This document shows positions 1 to 12,500 of a DNA stretch of 64,000 bases, in pieces. The DNA comes from Monocercomonoides exilis PA203 (lineage: Eukaryota > Protista > Preaxostyla). How positions within the stretch are numbered: position 1 is the first letter of the stretch; every line of letters starts with the position of its first letter. The DNA lies in contig LSRY02000009.1 of assembly GCA_001643675.2 (NCBI GenBank), forward strand, positions 1,550,001 through 1,614,000. The letters are read 5' to 3'. The notes beneath the pieces are model-generated. The model saw nothing but the letters and a program-made list of their open reading frames with translations. It made no database searches and had not been told where the DNA came from. The translations under genes were made by a program, and so were the position numbers.

Positions 1-765
1 TTGATTTCCGATAAACTGAAAGTGTCCCAATCAAAAAAGGCTCTTCTTTTATTAGGCAATCACAGATCTCACCACGATCCAGAAGTTATTGCTTTTGCAG
101 AAAAAAACAATATTATCATCGAATTTTTACCACCTAACATGACACACCTTCTCCAACCTTGCGACAATTGCGTGTTCTCCAGATTCAAACAAGTTTTACA
201 GAACTCTTTTGTTGCGCCCTCGCATTTTACAACTTCTTCGTATCGAAAAGCTTTGGCTGATGTTCTGCCAGAAGCATTATCAGCAGCAACGTCTCCTTCA
301 ACGATAAAAACAGCATTTCTAAATACAGGAGTTTATCCAGTGGCAGCTGCACCGGTGCTTTCTCGTGTGAGTGGTTCCCCTGTTCGTCAGAAAAAATCAT
401 CTTCAGATAATTTATCTTCAAATAACTTAAAGCAAAGTTTGTTTGGAGATTTTTCTCCAAAAGAAAAACGAAAATTGAAAGTGGAAAAGCAAGAAAAGTT
501 GTCGACAGAAATGGATGAAATAGAAAAAATGGATGAAAAACTTGTTTTTTCAGAAGAAAAAGAAAAGGATGGACAGAATGAAACAGAAGAGTTAACAAAG
601 GTGGTGAAAAGGAAGGTGAGACTCAGGAGAAAAAGAATGGATGATGATTTTATGTATGGAAACGAAATGAGCTATATATTTGAGGAAGATAAAGAAACTG
701 AGGCATTTGAACGCAATTCAAAAAATTCACCATGCAAGCGAAGAAAAGTCGACGATGAGTCTTAA
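1..765 (+). mobile_element. 3' part of a pogo/Tc1-mariner-like DDE_1 transposase (5' end outside the window)
   Basis: Motifs LLLLGNHRSH (normally LLLLDNHxSH), FLPPNMTHLLQPCDNCVF and IKTAFLNTGVYP are typical of DDE_1 pogo/Fot1/CENP-B-type transposases. Confidence 0.85.
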
Positions 766-1035
766 TCCGTGGACAATAATGAAACGATTTTATTTTTTTG
801 AATGTTATTTCATTTTTTTGCATTGAAAGAGAACTTATTTTAAATATTGGATTGATTTGTCCTTTATTATAACATTTCACAAATGCAAAAATATATGATA
901 ATACATTTTGATTTGTTTCTTTTTTGTTTAATTCAATTATTAAACTTTTCAAACATCTTGCAAAACGTAAACCAAAATGTACAAAAAATATTGAGTGGAA
1001 ATAAATGTTAAAAAAAAACAGCGCCAATTTTGAGT

Positions 1036-1084
1036 CCACAACTACCGGGTTTTCCACAAACTACCAGGTTTTCCACCAAGGGTA
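1036..1084. repeat. Probable right terminal repeat of the pogo-like element, followed by TA
   Basis: GC-richer island in AT-rich DNA with the tandem subrepeat CCACA(A)ACTACCRGGTTTT x2, ending ...CCAAGGG then TA at 1083-1084. The partner TIR is not in the window. Confidence 0.5.
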
Positions 1085-1371
1085 CATGAAAGTTATTTTT
1101 AATTTAATAATCATTTCACTGTTTTTAAAAAAGGAAAAGAAGTCTTTCAAGAAATACATTTTTGATAATATCAAATGATATATAAAAAGTGTATTGAAAT
1201 ATTCGTAAAGCAATAATTGATTCGTTTTTGTTTTCTCTCACATTAACATAATACTTCAAAGCACTCGTAATTTATTTCTTCAACATTTGCATGGAATTAA
1301 AGTTAATGTGTTGTGAAAGCTTGCAATAAAATTATTAAATTTTTTTCACAACCTTTCAAATGCCTTCTTTT

Positions 1372-2100
1372 TCAATTTTTTCTTTTCGCTTCTTTTTTTT
1401 CATCATCTTCCTCTTCTTTCAATTTCCTTGAAATTGCAGTAAAAAATTCCAAGCTTTCATATGTTGTCATATCATTCAACGTTGGCAGCTGTATCCCCTC
1501 CAAAACAGCATCAACAGCTGCACATTTTAGAAATCCTTCAACGTTCACGCTTCTATTTTCTGATGCTTTTCTCAAGGAATAAATTTACAAGCAGCAAATA
1601 TCTCCATTATTCCCTTTTGATGCTCTAAGCACCTGAACAATGCTGCCAGTTAGTTCAGCAAGTACTTTATTCCGCAATATGTTTGAGTCTAAGAAATAAA
1701 AAAATTCCTTGAACCATCTCTCGATTACAAGCTCTTCTTTCGTTTCTTTTCCCATTTCCTCTTCTTTCTCTCTCTTCCAGTCGATACACTTTGACAGATA
1801 TTCTAATTCTTTTGTTGACTCTCTTGCAAAATGAAGCTCATCTGCAATCAATTCTTCCAAGCTTTTGTCAGTGTGCAATCTGTAAATCAAAAACTGCCAA
1901 GCAGACTGATAGGCCAGTCGCGTCAAATTTCTATGCTCCTGATAATGCAGGATTATTTCGATCATTTCATTCAAATTCTGTTCTCTTTTTATTTTTTTTT
2001 AAAAAAAATCGGAAAAAATCAATAAAATTAAAAGTTAAATAGCAATGCTCAAACGTAACTCCCAAAATTGCTTTAAGCCAAAAAAAGATATTTCCACTTC
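1372..2100 (-). pseudogene. Disabled copy of a lineage-specific multicopy helical-protein family (HQEHxNLTRLAYQSAW family)
   Basis: ORFs 1585-1974 and 1372-1575 are split by an in-frame stop. They are clearly similar to the copies at 7.9-9.2 kb and 54.8-55.5 kb. Confidence 0.7.
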
Positions 2101-3462
2101 CTTTAAAGTCTCTTAGCGATGCTCTTTGTTAAAGGAAATTTGTAGTTTATATTAAGTGTTTTGTGCACAATCATTTCAATCATCCAATTTAGAAAACAAT
2201 TCTGAAATGTTTTAAATACAGAGAAGAAATGAAATAAACAAGAATTCAAAAAAGAAGCAATCGCAAACAAGTATGATTTTCAATTACAGATTTCTCCTGC
2301 ATGTTTACAAGAATGAATCATTTTTTAAAATGAACATTTTCATCATTAATATTGAATGAGCGAATCTTTGGATATAAGAAAATTGAGTAGAATAATAACT
2401 TAAAAAAGCACAAAACTTTCACTGTACTTTCACTTGCTTTGAGTATTGGATATAATAAATAAGGTGTTTAAATGAAATATTTTATTTTTATATTTATTTG
2501 TGATATTATGGTATATAAATGAACTTTTTTTCATTCTCAATTAATGCGAAAGATTTTTGGACAATAAAAATGTTTCATATAAATTTATTAAGTTATACTA
2601 ATTTATAATTTTGATTCAATTCCTTTTCTTTTCTTTTCACTTAATTCTTTGCTTTAAACTGGATTAAAATGATTTTTTTTGAAAATCATCATGTGACTTA
2701 AAGCATATTTAAAGATTTTTATAATGATTAATATATGTATTTCATATGTTGTGTGTCTTTCATTAAGTCAAAATTTGAATAGTTTCGAAGTCGAAAAATT
2801 AAATTGAATAATTATGATTTCAAAAATATTGTGCCATATTGTTCCTATTAATTTAAAAATGTTTCATTTTTTCCAAAAAATAATGTTTACAACGATTTTT
2901 TAGGGTATCGATCTAATAGACTATCCATGGAATCATCTTTAAACAGTTTTTAATACTGTTACAGTGATCTTCACAAAAATTTGTTCACAGTCGAACACTA
3001 TGCTCTTGTCTCTTTCTTTTTCTTTTAACAAAATTTTTGTTCTTTTTTGAATGGGCAAACTTAATTTCATAAAACATAACTAACTTCGGTTAAGCTAACT
3101 TTATTTGAATGAAATGTGCTTGAAAAAATATTTCAATGAATGATATGCGAATAACTTTCAAAATTCATAAAACCTTTTAAGTTTTACGATTCTCTATTAA
3201 AAAGAGAAAAGATAAATTACCAATATAATCGTGGAGAATTGAGATTGATAAACAAATAAATTAATAAATAAATCTGTTTGTTCATCAATTTTTCAATAAA
3301 TAATAAAATGAAATTTTTATGCACTGAATGTCTTCTGAAAAGCTAACTCTCCTTCCCCAAGACCTGTGCGCTGTAAATGTCAATAGATAAATATTCCATC
3401 GAATTTTTTGGGCTAATAAATTGGAAATTTTTGATTAAAATCTTCTTCCAGATGATTGGCTT

Positions 3463-4308
3463 TTAAACTCTAATATCGCTTTTAATCCCGAGGTTTTTAT
3501 TCTCTTCTACAAGCTGTTTGCCTTTTGCAGTATAGAAATTTAAATAACCCCCTGTGTACGACAACCAAACCACGTCAATATGTTGAATCATTTCAGTGTT
3601 GGATATACTTATAATCTTTTCAGCTGCCTTTGCCCCGTTCAATATATATCCATAAGCACCCCAGAACATATCAAGTCTGCACAAGTCTTTAGACACAACT
3701 GCGGAGCAGTTTTGATGATGTCTTCCCAAGAAAAGTCCATCCCAATCATCTGGGAGTTGAGGCATCAAACGAGAAAGTGTTGGAACCAAATTCGAAGGAA
3801 CATTTGCATCATCTTCGAGAATAAGAACAGGTCCATCGACGCCAGTTTTCTTTGCTCTTTCAATGATGTCAAAGAAAACTTGAAGATGACTTTGCCAGCA
3901 ACCAACAACACCATAAAGCTTAAAATATGGACCCAATGTTTCGCAAGCTTTTGTAAAATTGAATTTCGTCCGAGGATGCATTCGACTCAAAAATGAAAGT
4001 CTTTCGTTTGTGCAGTCAGATGAGTTCAGAAGCTTCCCGTCGACTCCAGGAAAGAATTCGAACGGAAGCTTTGCTTTTCTAAGCTGAGAAGAAGCATGAA
4101 GCCTTCTATCGATTCTTCGTTCCAAATTTATAACATACACTCGTTTCATATTCATATCTTTTAATAATTCTTCTGCGGATAGTGCAGATTGTTCCGATAG
4201 ATTTGAGATGAAATAAATCAAAATCAAAGAAATAAAAGCAATGATCATGCATGCTCCGATCAACGCTGCAAGCATAACTTGATGTGATTTGTAAGAAGTA
4301 GCTTTCAT
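3463..4308 (-). CDS. Glycosyltransferase family 25 protein with an N-terminal signal anchor
   Basis: VYVINLERRIDRR, FFPGVDGK, GCWQSHLQ, LILEDDA, LPDDWD and AYGYIL motifs of GT25; hydrophobic stretch at about residues 12-34; intronless 281 aa ORF. Confidence 0.88.
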   Translation of the reverse strand: MKATSYKSHQVMLAALIGACMIIAFISLILIYFISNLSEQSALSAEELLKDMNMKRVYVINLERRIDRRLHASSQLRKAKLPFEFFPGVDGKLLNSSDCTNERLSFLSRMHPRTKFNFTKACETLGPYFKLYGVVGCWQSHLQVFFDIIERAKKTGVDGPVLILEDDANVPSNLVPTLSRLMPQLPDDWDGLFLGRHHQNCSAVVSKDLCRLDMFWGAYGYILNGAKAAEKIISISNTEMIQHIDVVWLSYTGGYLNFYTAKGKQLVEENKNLGIKSDIRV

Positions 4309-5992
4309 GTCAATATATTTGACAAAATAAAATTAAATGAACAAAAGAAAATTAAATAAAGATAAATAGCATATTCGATCAAATTGAAAATTGAATTTCA
4401 AATCATTCTTCCTAAAGTTTCCTCTGAACATGTTCAGGAGATGAGTCAACAAAAAAAATTAAAAATAAGTCAAAATGATGCCCACCAGAAGTGTTTCAAT
4501 CAAATTGGTAAAAAAAACACTTCTCGTGAATAGTGGAATTTAAGAGCACTTCAACAGAATGTATCATTTTTTTTTTCTTTGCAAGTGTCATGCAAAGGTG
4601 TGCTAAATGTTGAGCTCTTTGGTTCATCATCCGAAACACTTCGATTTTGTCCAAAGATTCCTCATTTGATGAAAATGCATTTTACCCAACAAATGCTCCA
4701 CAAGAACAAAAAACATTTAATGATCCTCCGCCACACAGCGATATTTTACCAGAAACTTTGCTGAAAGAAGATGGTTCATCCCAATCATTTGCTTCGCGTT
4801 TTTTCACAAAGGAAAAGGATACAAGCAACATTTAAGAAAAGCAAGGAAAGAATAAAAATGTTCAAAAGAATGCACGCGTCACATTTGCACATTCAGCTTG
4901 AAGTGGGAAATTTTCTTGAGAAGATAGATCTTGCAGATTTTGACTGGATCGAAGACGAATTGGTTCTGCTAGTGCTATTTTTCCAGGTCTTGAGTTGGTG
5001 AAAGGAGTGGTCAGTGATTCGTTGCAAAAAAAGAAAAAGCTTGAATGGAATTATCTCCAGTTATTTGTTCAAGAGCAGCTCCACAGTGTTATTCGAACTG
5101 TTTTTTCTTGCAGTCAGAAAAGAAAAGATGTGGATGATTGTCAAAATGTGCTTCCAAAAGAAACAAAAGGGCAAATGATTCAAGAGGTGAAGCCTGGAAC
5201 TGTGTTGGGATCCAAATGCATTGAGCGACGACTGCAGCCAACTCGCCGGGGTGATGCTGTGGCTTGCTGTGCAAACATTTTTCTTTCGATTCTGACTTCG
5301 CATTGACCAGCACTTGACCGCATCTGCAGGGCTATTCCACTCCTCAAAAGCATATTGGCCTCTGCCTTTCAAATGAAGAATGCTCAAGCACTCAGAATTC
5401 ATAATATGGCAATGCCATTTCCTCCTCAACAAATCAATCGCGTCTGCAGGATTCCCTTTTCCTTCGCCTCCTCCTTCTTCTTCTGATTTTCCATATATTT
5501 CAAATTCTTCTTCTGCAATTTGATATCCTCCATTTTTCCAAACACATTCTTCCTCACAGAAATCTCCAGAGCCTTTCATCAATCTGCCATTTCCACTCGC
5601 ATTGCCACCTGGAAATTCATTGTTCGGATTGCATTCACTAAAGCCGCTGTCCAATGTGTTCTCCTTTTCACTTTTCTTTTTTCTCTTTCTCTTTTCTTTT
5701 CCCTCTCTTCCTCTCTTCATTCCTTCCTTCCTTTCTCTCTCTCTCTCTCTCTCTTCTCGCTGTTTCTCTTTGTTTTCTCTCACTCGCTCGCTCGCTCTCC
5801 ACAATCCTTAACACAATCATTCGAAGAAGACAATGAAGATGAGACAAAGATATGGTTGGACTAGAATCAGCCAAGCCTTCAACTGTCTGTGAAAATTTTG
5901 CACAAGTCTCTTATGCTCCTCCTTCTTGGTTCAACTCAGAGGAATCTGCCCTCTTCTCTCTCTTCTCTTCTATCTTTTCTTTTCTTTTCTTT

Positions 5993-6072
5993 TCTCTTCT
6001 CTTCTCTTCTCTTCTCTTCTCTTCTCTTCTCTTCTCTTCTCTTCTCTTCTCTTCTCTTCTCTTCTCTTCTCT
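5993..6072. repeat. (CTTCT)n microsatellite
   Basis: Pentamer tandem array visible directly. Confidence 0.9.
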
Positions 6073-7869
6073 TAACTCTTTTCTTTCTCCTCCTTTTTCG
6101 TTAAATTTTCTATTAATTTCTTTTTGTGTCTCTTCTTCTTCTTCTTCTTCTTTTAATTTGACATGTTTCATGTCATTTCAAATTGACATGTATGAATTAA
6201 AACTGAGTCGCGGAATATTCAAACTGAGAAGAAATGTGACGAAAGAGGGAATTTATTTTGGTATTTATTGAAGATGAAGAAGACAATTGGCAAATTGAAG
6301 TAGACGAAATGTGGCTGCCAAGGAAGGAAGGGTTGCTCATCTTTCTGTGCTTGAAGGACATGGCTTTTCGTCCTGCGTGATTGAAAGGAATCAAAAATCA
6401 ACGAGATTGCGGATGAGGAAGATAAACCCTGATGAAAACGAAGAGAATGAGTTGGCTGTGCTTCAACAGCGAAGAGGAAGATGGATGGAAAGGTTGGCAT
6501 TCGCTTATCAACACTCACGATGCAGATGACAATGCTTCTGAAATGCCTTCTCTGATGCTCAACGCACAAAATTCAAAGAACCATGACAAACATAGAAGCT
6601 GGATGAAACAACGACTTTGTTGAAAAACAAACGATGAAAACAAAAACCATCAAATTCTCTTTCATCAGATGTGGCGACATAGAAAGCAAACTTCGATGAA
6701 AATCTCCTTGCTTGCGAAAAATGGCTGTCCCTTCGAAGAATGAAATTCAAGTGCTGCTGGCCTGAATGTTGTTCGACTGCAAGCTAATATTCGATAATTG
6801 GATGTCTCGTAGTTGGCGTTTCTCCACTCTTTTGAAGCAAAAGCGGAATCAGAAATAGAATTTAGTAGCTTTCCATATCTGCTCAGAGCAGTCCGTGAAA
6901 CAGGAAAGCCTTATAAATAAAACCGATATTTTGGGGTTCTTTTTTTCCATTGAATTCTTGCCTTTTTTTTGCGATAGATATCCATCTTTTGATATTGCCA
7001 GTCACTTTCCTTGCCAAAAAATTGTTCCACTGCATTATGCCCCCAAATGCTATATAATATTGTGCAGATTTTGTCCTTCACTGAATTCCATCCACTTTTT
7101 GTCTTCATTTTATAATATAACAGTTGAATTTGTTTTCACCTCTTGCTCCAAAAAAAATCATGAAAATCATGTATCTTCCGTAACTTCATTTATTTTCCAA
7201 TGCCTATATAATAATCTGCTCCATTCTCATCGTATTGCTCCACAAAGCGGAGATTGGCCATTTCAACAATAACTCACATTCCTGCACTTTGGAGAGGACA
7301 CAGACGGAAATATCTTCACAATCAATTGGGCAATATAAGTTGCATACAACATCATTTTTGTGTAATTGATGAAATTGTTGCATTCCCCTTGGCCATCCAA
7401 TTGACAAAAATCAAAGGTCAGAATTCCAATAATATTGCATCTCCACCATTTCTTGTTGTCACACAGGAAATAATATTTCAAATTCTGCAGGTTATGTTCA
7501 CTCACGGATTTCTCATTCTGTGAATGGAATATTCCGTTCTTTCGAATCTGATGATCATGTAATCCATTACAACAAACAAGAAAAAGATTTTCTTTTTCTT
7601 CATAAAACATTGCCAAAATGTTAACACGAGATGAAACGGTGTGAATTCATAGATTTTTGTGATTGTTTTGTGTTTTTATTTTCCATCTGCTTCTTCTATT
7701 CGATCATACACGAATTCAATGTGAATGATAAAAATGCTGTTGTTTTCTGGTACATTATTTCTTTAAAACACAGACGGAATTCAACACAAAAAAATTCACT
7801 GGTTTGCAGATATTGTTATGCTTGAATCCTTGATTGTTGAGGTTTTATTTTATTATTTATATTTGTTTG

Positions 7870-9207
7870 AAGAGTTGCTTTCTGAGCTTGAAGATTGCAA
7901 TGATAACGAGCAGAAGCAAAAAATCATTGAAATGAATGAACTTATGGACGAAATGGAAAGTATGAATTCAGATCAATATTAAGAATCGAGCAATTCGAAA
8001 AAATTCAGAAAATGATTGATGAAAAGAAAATGAATTTTGGAAATGTGATTCTGCTTTTGAAGCACATTGGCTATTGTGAAATGTTAAAGCGCACATCCAA
8101 CTCAAATTTTGGAAATTCTTCATTGGGAAAAAGTTTTGCCGAAATGATTATTTTTGAAAATGAGAAAAAAGAAGAAAAGAATGAAAAACTTTTGGCTGAC
8201 CTTTGCAAATGCTATACAATGCTCAGTTATCATAACCTTAGAAAGGAATTGCTTTCAATTTGTCTGTCTAGCCTTTTGAAAGCAGCTTTGAACAAAGATG
8301 ATAGTGAGGAGACTCGAAAAGAAGTGGAACTGGCTTTATCATGTTCAAGTTACATTGATGATGGAACTGAATGAGCATTTCTATTTCCCATTTTTGATGA
8401 GATTTATTTTTTCCTCCTTATTTTTCATCAGAAAGTGGAACAAGAACTTTTCTTGGATAAGATGACAGAAATCATCAAAAATCACCAGGAGCATCACGAT
8501 CACACTCAACTTGCTCATCAGTGCGCTTGGGAATTTTTGATTAATCGATAACACAAAGACAAAAGCTTGGAAAACTTAATTGCGAATGAGCTGCATTTTG
8601 CCAGAGAAGCATCAAGAGAACTGGAAGAACTGAGGAAATGTGTGGATTGGAAGAGAAAAAGAGGGGAGGAAGGGGGGAAAAAGACTCTGGAAGAGCTTGC
8701 TTTGATGAGATGGCTTGATATGATTGGTTCTTTCTTTTCTGATTGCAGATTGCCGAATAAAGAATTAGCTGAGCTTATCACAATCATTGTTCAGATATTT
8801 CGAGCAGCAAAGGAGAATTATCGAGGAATTTGTGATCAGTGCATTTATCCATTGAGCAAAGCAGCAAAAAATAGAGCTGTGAAGATTGAAGACTTGTTGG
8901 AAAGCAAGCTGTTGATATTGCTTTAGAAGAGATTACACAATCACATGTGTTCGATAAACAAACTCCGGATTGCTTGAATTTTTTCAGAATCCTTTGCGAA
9001 AGATTGAGAAGCAAAAGAGAAATAGAAAGTGATGAAGCGAAAAGAAAAGAGTTGAAAAGGAAAGTGCTTGAAAAGATGGAAGAAGAAGTATACGAAGATT
9101 GTATCATCAGTTCAGTTGTCGCAAGATTACAAAACAAAGCTTTGCCTGTAAGTTGGTTCCATTCATTGGTGATTATTTTGTTTGTTGCTGATCCGTTGGC
9201 TTTTTGA
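7870..9207 (+). pseudogene. Disabled copy of the same lineage-specific multicopy family
   Basis: FSELEDC..., LLLKHIGYC, NEKLLADLC, LHFAREASRELEEL and ELKRKVLEKMEEE segments are spread over several frames, with internal stops and frameshifts. Confidence 0.75.
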
Positions 9208-9583
9208 TTCATTTTGTGCTTTCATCTTTCCACTTCATTTGATTTGAACAAAATACCTGTTCTTTTTTCTGTTTTCAAGAAAAGTTGATGTTATTTTTTC
9301 GAAAATCAACTTTCTTCGTCTTTTGAATTTGATTTTTTTCGCATTTCAAATCCAATAAAGAGAGTATTTTTTTATTTCTTTAAAACATATTTCAACTTTT
9401 TTCCCTCTTCTTCAAGAATACTAAATATTTGAAACAACCATTTGTGATTCCTTCCTTCCTTCTTTCTTTGCTTTGCTGCTTTCCAAAGTGTGTTGAAAAA
9501 AGACAAAGAAAAAAAAATAAAAAGAAAAAAAAGAAAAAAGAAAAAAGAAAAAAAGAAAAAAATAAACAGTACATTTTTCAGCT

Positions 9584-12500
9584 CTATTGAAGAATCAAAT
9601 TCACTCCTCTTGAAAAGGCTCTTGAATCTGAAGGAATATCAATCTGTTTTGTGGTTGTTCCGTAATCAGAAACATAGCTTGAGATATTTGTATTCTCCTC
9701 TTTTCTCCTCATCCCCCTCTGAAAGTCTGAATTTACCGAACTTAAAAGACTCTTCCTTTCTTCGTATTCAGTTAGCAGCATCTTCTTCTTCCACCATCGC
9801 CGAACAAAAAACAATGCCACTGCAAACCCAACACCAACAACTGCAGCAGAAACAGCAATCATTATAATCATCGTCATGTCGTCAACCACACCAGAATTAT
9901 TTCCTTCACTCACGCGCAAAGGAATTGTTGTCAAATCTTTGTTGAATGCATTTTTAGTTGAAAACTTCGGCACAACATACTCATCTGATCCATCAGCACG
10001 CTCCATGGCATCAAGAGGAAATATCGCACAAACTGCATTCTCATTGCTGCAGTTCAATTTATTTGTCACTGCAATTTCTGCCAATTCGTCTGTGAATTTT
10101 CCGGCATTAGTCTGGTTTGCGAGCAGCACCATCAAAAGATTGTAATTCAGAAGACATTCTCCTGTCAGAGTCACTTCATATCCCTCTCCACTTTTCGCAC
10201 TTGAAATACTTACCGGCTGAGGTGTAAACAGACTCGACATCATATCAGAGGTAAACCCAACAAGCGAGCAGTTGTTGTTTTCTATCCAGAAACTGTCCGG
10301 AAGTTCCTCTGTGATTTTTTCTTCCCTACGACTGCTTTGCGCGTCAATTCTTGATTTTTCACTTTCGATTTTGGATTCAAAATTTATTGAGCTTCCAGCG
10401 CCTCTTATAAGCTCAATAGCACCTTTATCATCATTTTCCTGTGCTGTGTCGCTTTTGCATATAATGTTGTGAGCAACTCTCGGAAATGCCTCGAATTCAA
10501 CAGAGTTCCCTTTAAACGATCCAGGATCGATAGACAGATAGCTGTTTTCAGTGTAAATATCTCCCTCAAGCTTTGTTCTGAATGTAGTATTTCGCACAAA
10601 AACAGAACAATCAACGAAGCTCAAAAAAGAGCTGCTCCATTCACAAATATCGTTTTCAGAGTTTTCTTGTACTTCGTCAGCAGAAGAAAGAATTTCCTTA
10701 ATTAAAAAGCTGCAACCTGTTATTTCAACACAGCTACATCTATTTGCAGCCAAAAAGAAGCCTTTTCCAGAGATATGCGAATTGAAGGAGACGTTTGTGT
10801 TAACGAACTTAAGAGGAACATGAAGAGGAATCGAAGATTTCTCATCGTGCGATGAAGTGTTCAGATTTATATAAGAAGATGATGATGTCTGACGAATTGA
10901 AGATATGTTTGAGGAGTAGGATGTTGTTGAAAAAAGTGAAGTGGATTCTGTGAAGTGGTTATGAGTACTGCTTTCATATGAACTCTTTTCCTTCGCTGAA
11001 AACAAAATCAGCGATTTTTGATCATTTACAGTTATGTTGTTTAAGCTGCATTCATTCAACTGCAGATTCACTTTGCTTTCGTCGACCAGCTCGGAACAGT
11101 CAATGAAAAAAGATTCGCTTCTAAATAGAACTTTATTAAGATTCATCAAAGTACATAAGAGCGTTCCTGCTTCAATTTTGAATGTAGTAGGAATGATCAT
11201 TAGTTCATTTAAAGATGAGATGGTACAGCGTTCAATTCCAAATGTTCCCTCATCATCAATAAGAAAGAGACAGCTCACAGGCAAATTGGCAGTGATCTTG
11301 ATGTTCGTGTTATTCATTCTGCAATTTCCTTTGATAACCACATGAATATCCATTTGTTCATTACATTTGCAAAGTTTTGATTTTTGTTTAATTCCCTGCC
11401 TTTTATTTACTTCCTGTTCGCTTTTTTCAAATAACAGTCCAGCTCTATCTGCTTCTCCTTCCACAGAAAGTGAATTCCACGTAACAGAATCGAAGATTGA
11501 AGGCTCTCCAACAATACGAAGTGTGAGATGCTCATCTTTGTCTTCATCTCCAAAGATTTGCATCTTTCGAATGAAATCTGGAATACGCTGAAAGGGAATT
11601 AAAACTTTCTGTGAAATTGAAGGTGTTGGAGATGTCAAATGTGTCATCGCATAATTCACCGTGCTGCAAGGATCGTCTTTGCTTCCACAGAAAAAGATGT
11701 CCCAACCACTTTCCTGCTTTCCATATCCATCGCTTATGCGCTGTGAATTATTGCTAGATGAATGTGAAGAAAAGGTTGAAGTTTGCTCAGTTCGACAGTT
11801 CTTTACCGAGCTATCATATCCGCTAACATAAATATTTGAATTTCGATATGTTAAAAACTCCAGATAATCAACAACTTTTCCTTCTTCTTCGCTTTCAGCC
11901 TCAATCGAGTTCTGTTCTTTCCAAAGTGGATGATAAAAATTGATACCAAATTTCTCTGATTCTTTTTTGTTTGAGACGTTTGGACATCTGATGAAGATGT
12001 CGCGCCCGATATTCGCCTTGTTCTGAAACAAAGCAACTTCCTGAAACGCAAAAGGAAAAGTCTGCGAATGAAATGCCAAATAAACTGCTCCTCCTTTTGT
12101 TTCCTTCTCATGAAGTTGTGTGTCAAGACCATCATTGCAAAAGGTGCAATTTTTGAATAATAGCTCGGAACTCTCTTCAGGTTCATCGTCTTCATAAATT
12201 GTTGAAGAATATTTTCCATCACGCTTTTTCTCTCTCCAGTGAATGCATCCGCCATAAGGCTCAAAATCATCGGGACTCATAAACCCACTTAACGATGAGT
12301 TGTGCAATTCGAGCTTTTGTCGAGCGCTTTCTCTGCTTCGAAGAAGTAGTCCTCCCAAAATTTCTTCTGCGTTTCCAGAAGATCTCTCTGAATCTGTCAG
12401 ATCATTCATTTTGATGAACGACAAATTCGATATCAAAATATTTAGAACACGCTGCTCGCTCATCTTTTCTTTTTCGCTGGATTTATTTGGAGAAACGGAG

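Noticed and set aside
5061-5804. Possible degraded protein-kinase C-lobe
   Set aside because: Only a vague resemblance across frameshifts, with no HRD/DFG/APE motifs.
6170-7830. Coding-like fragments
   Set aside because: Short ORFs with no recognisable motif or consistent frame.
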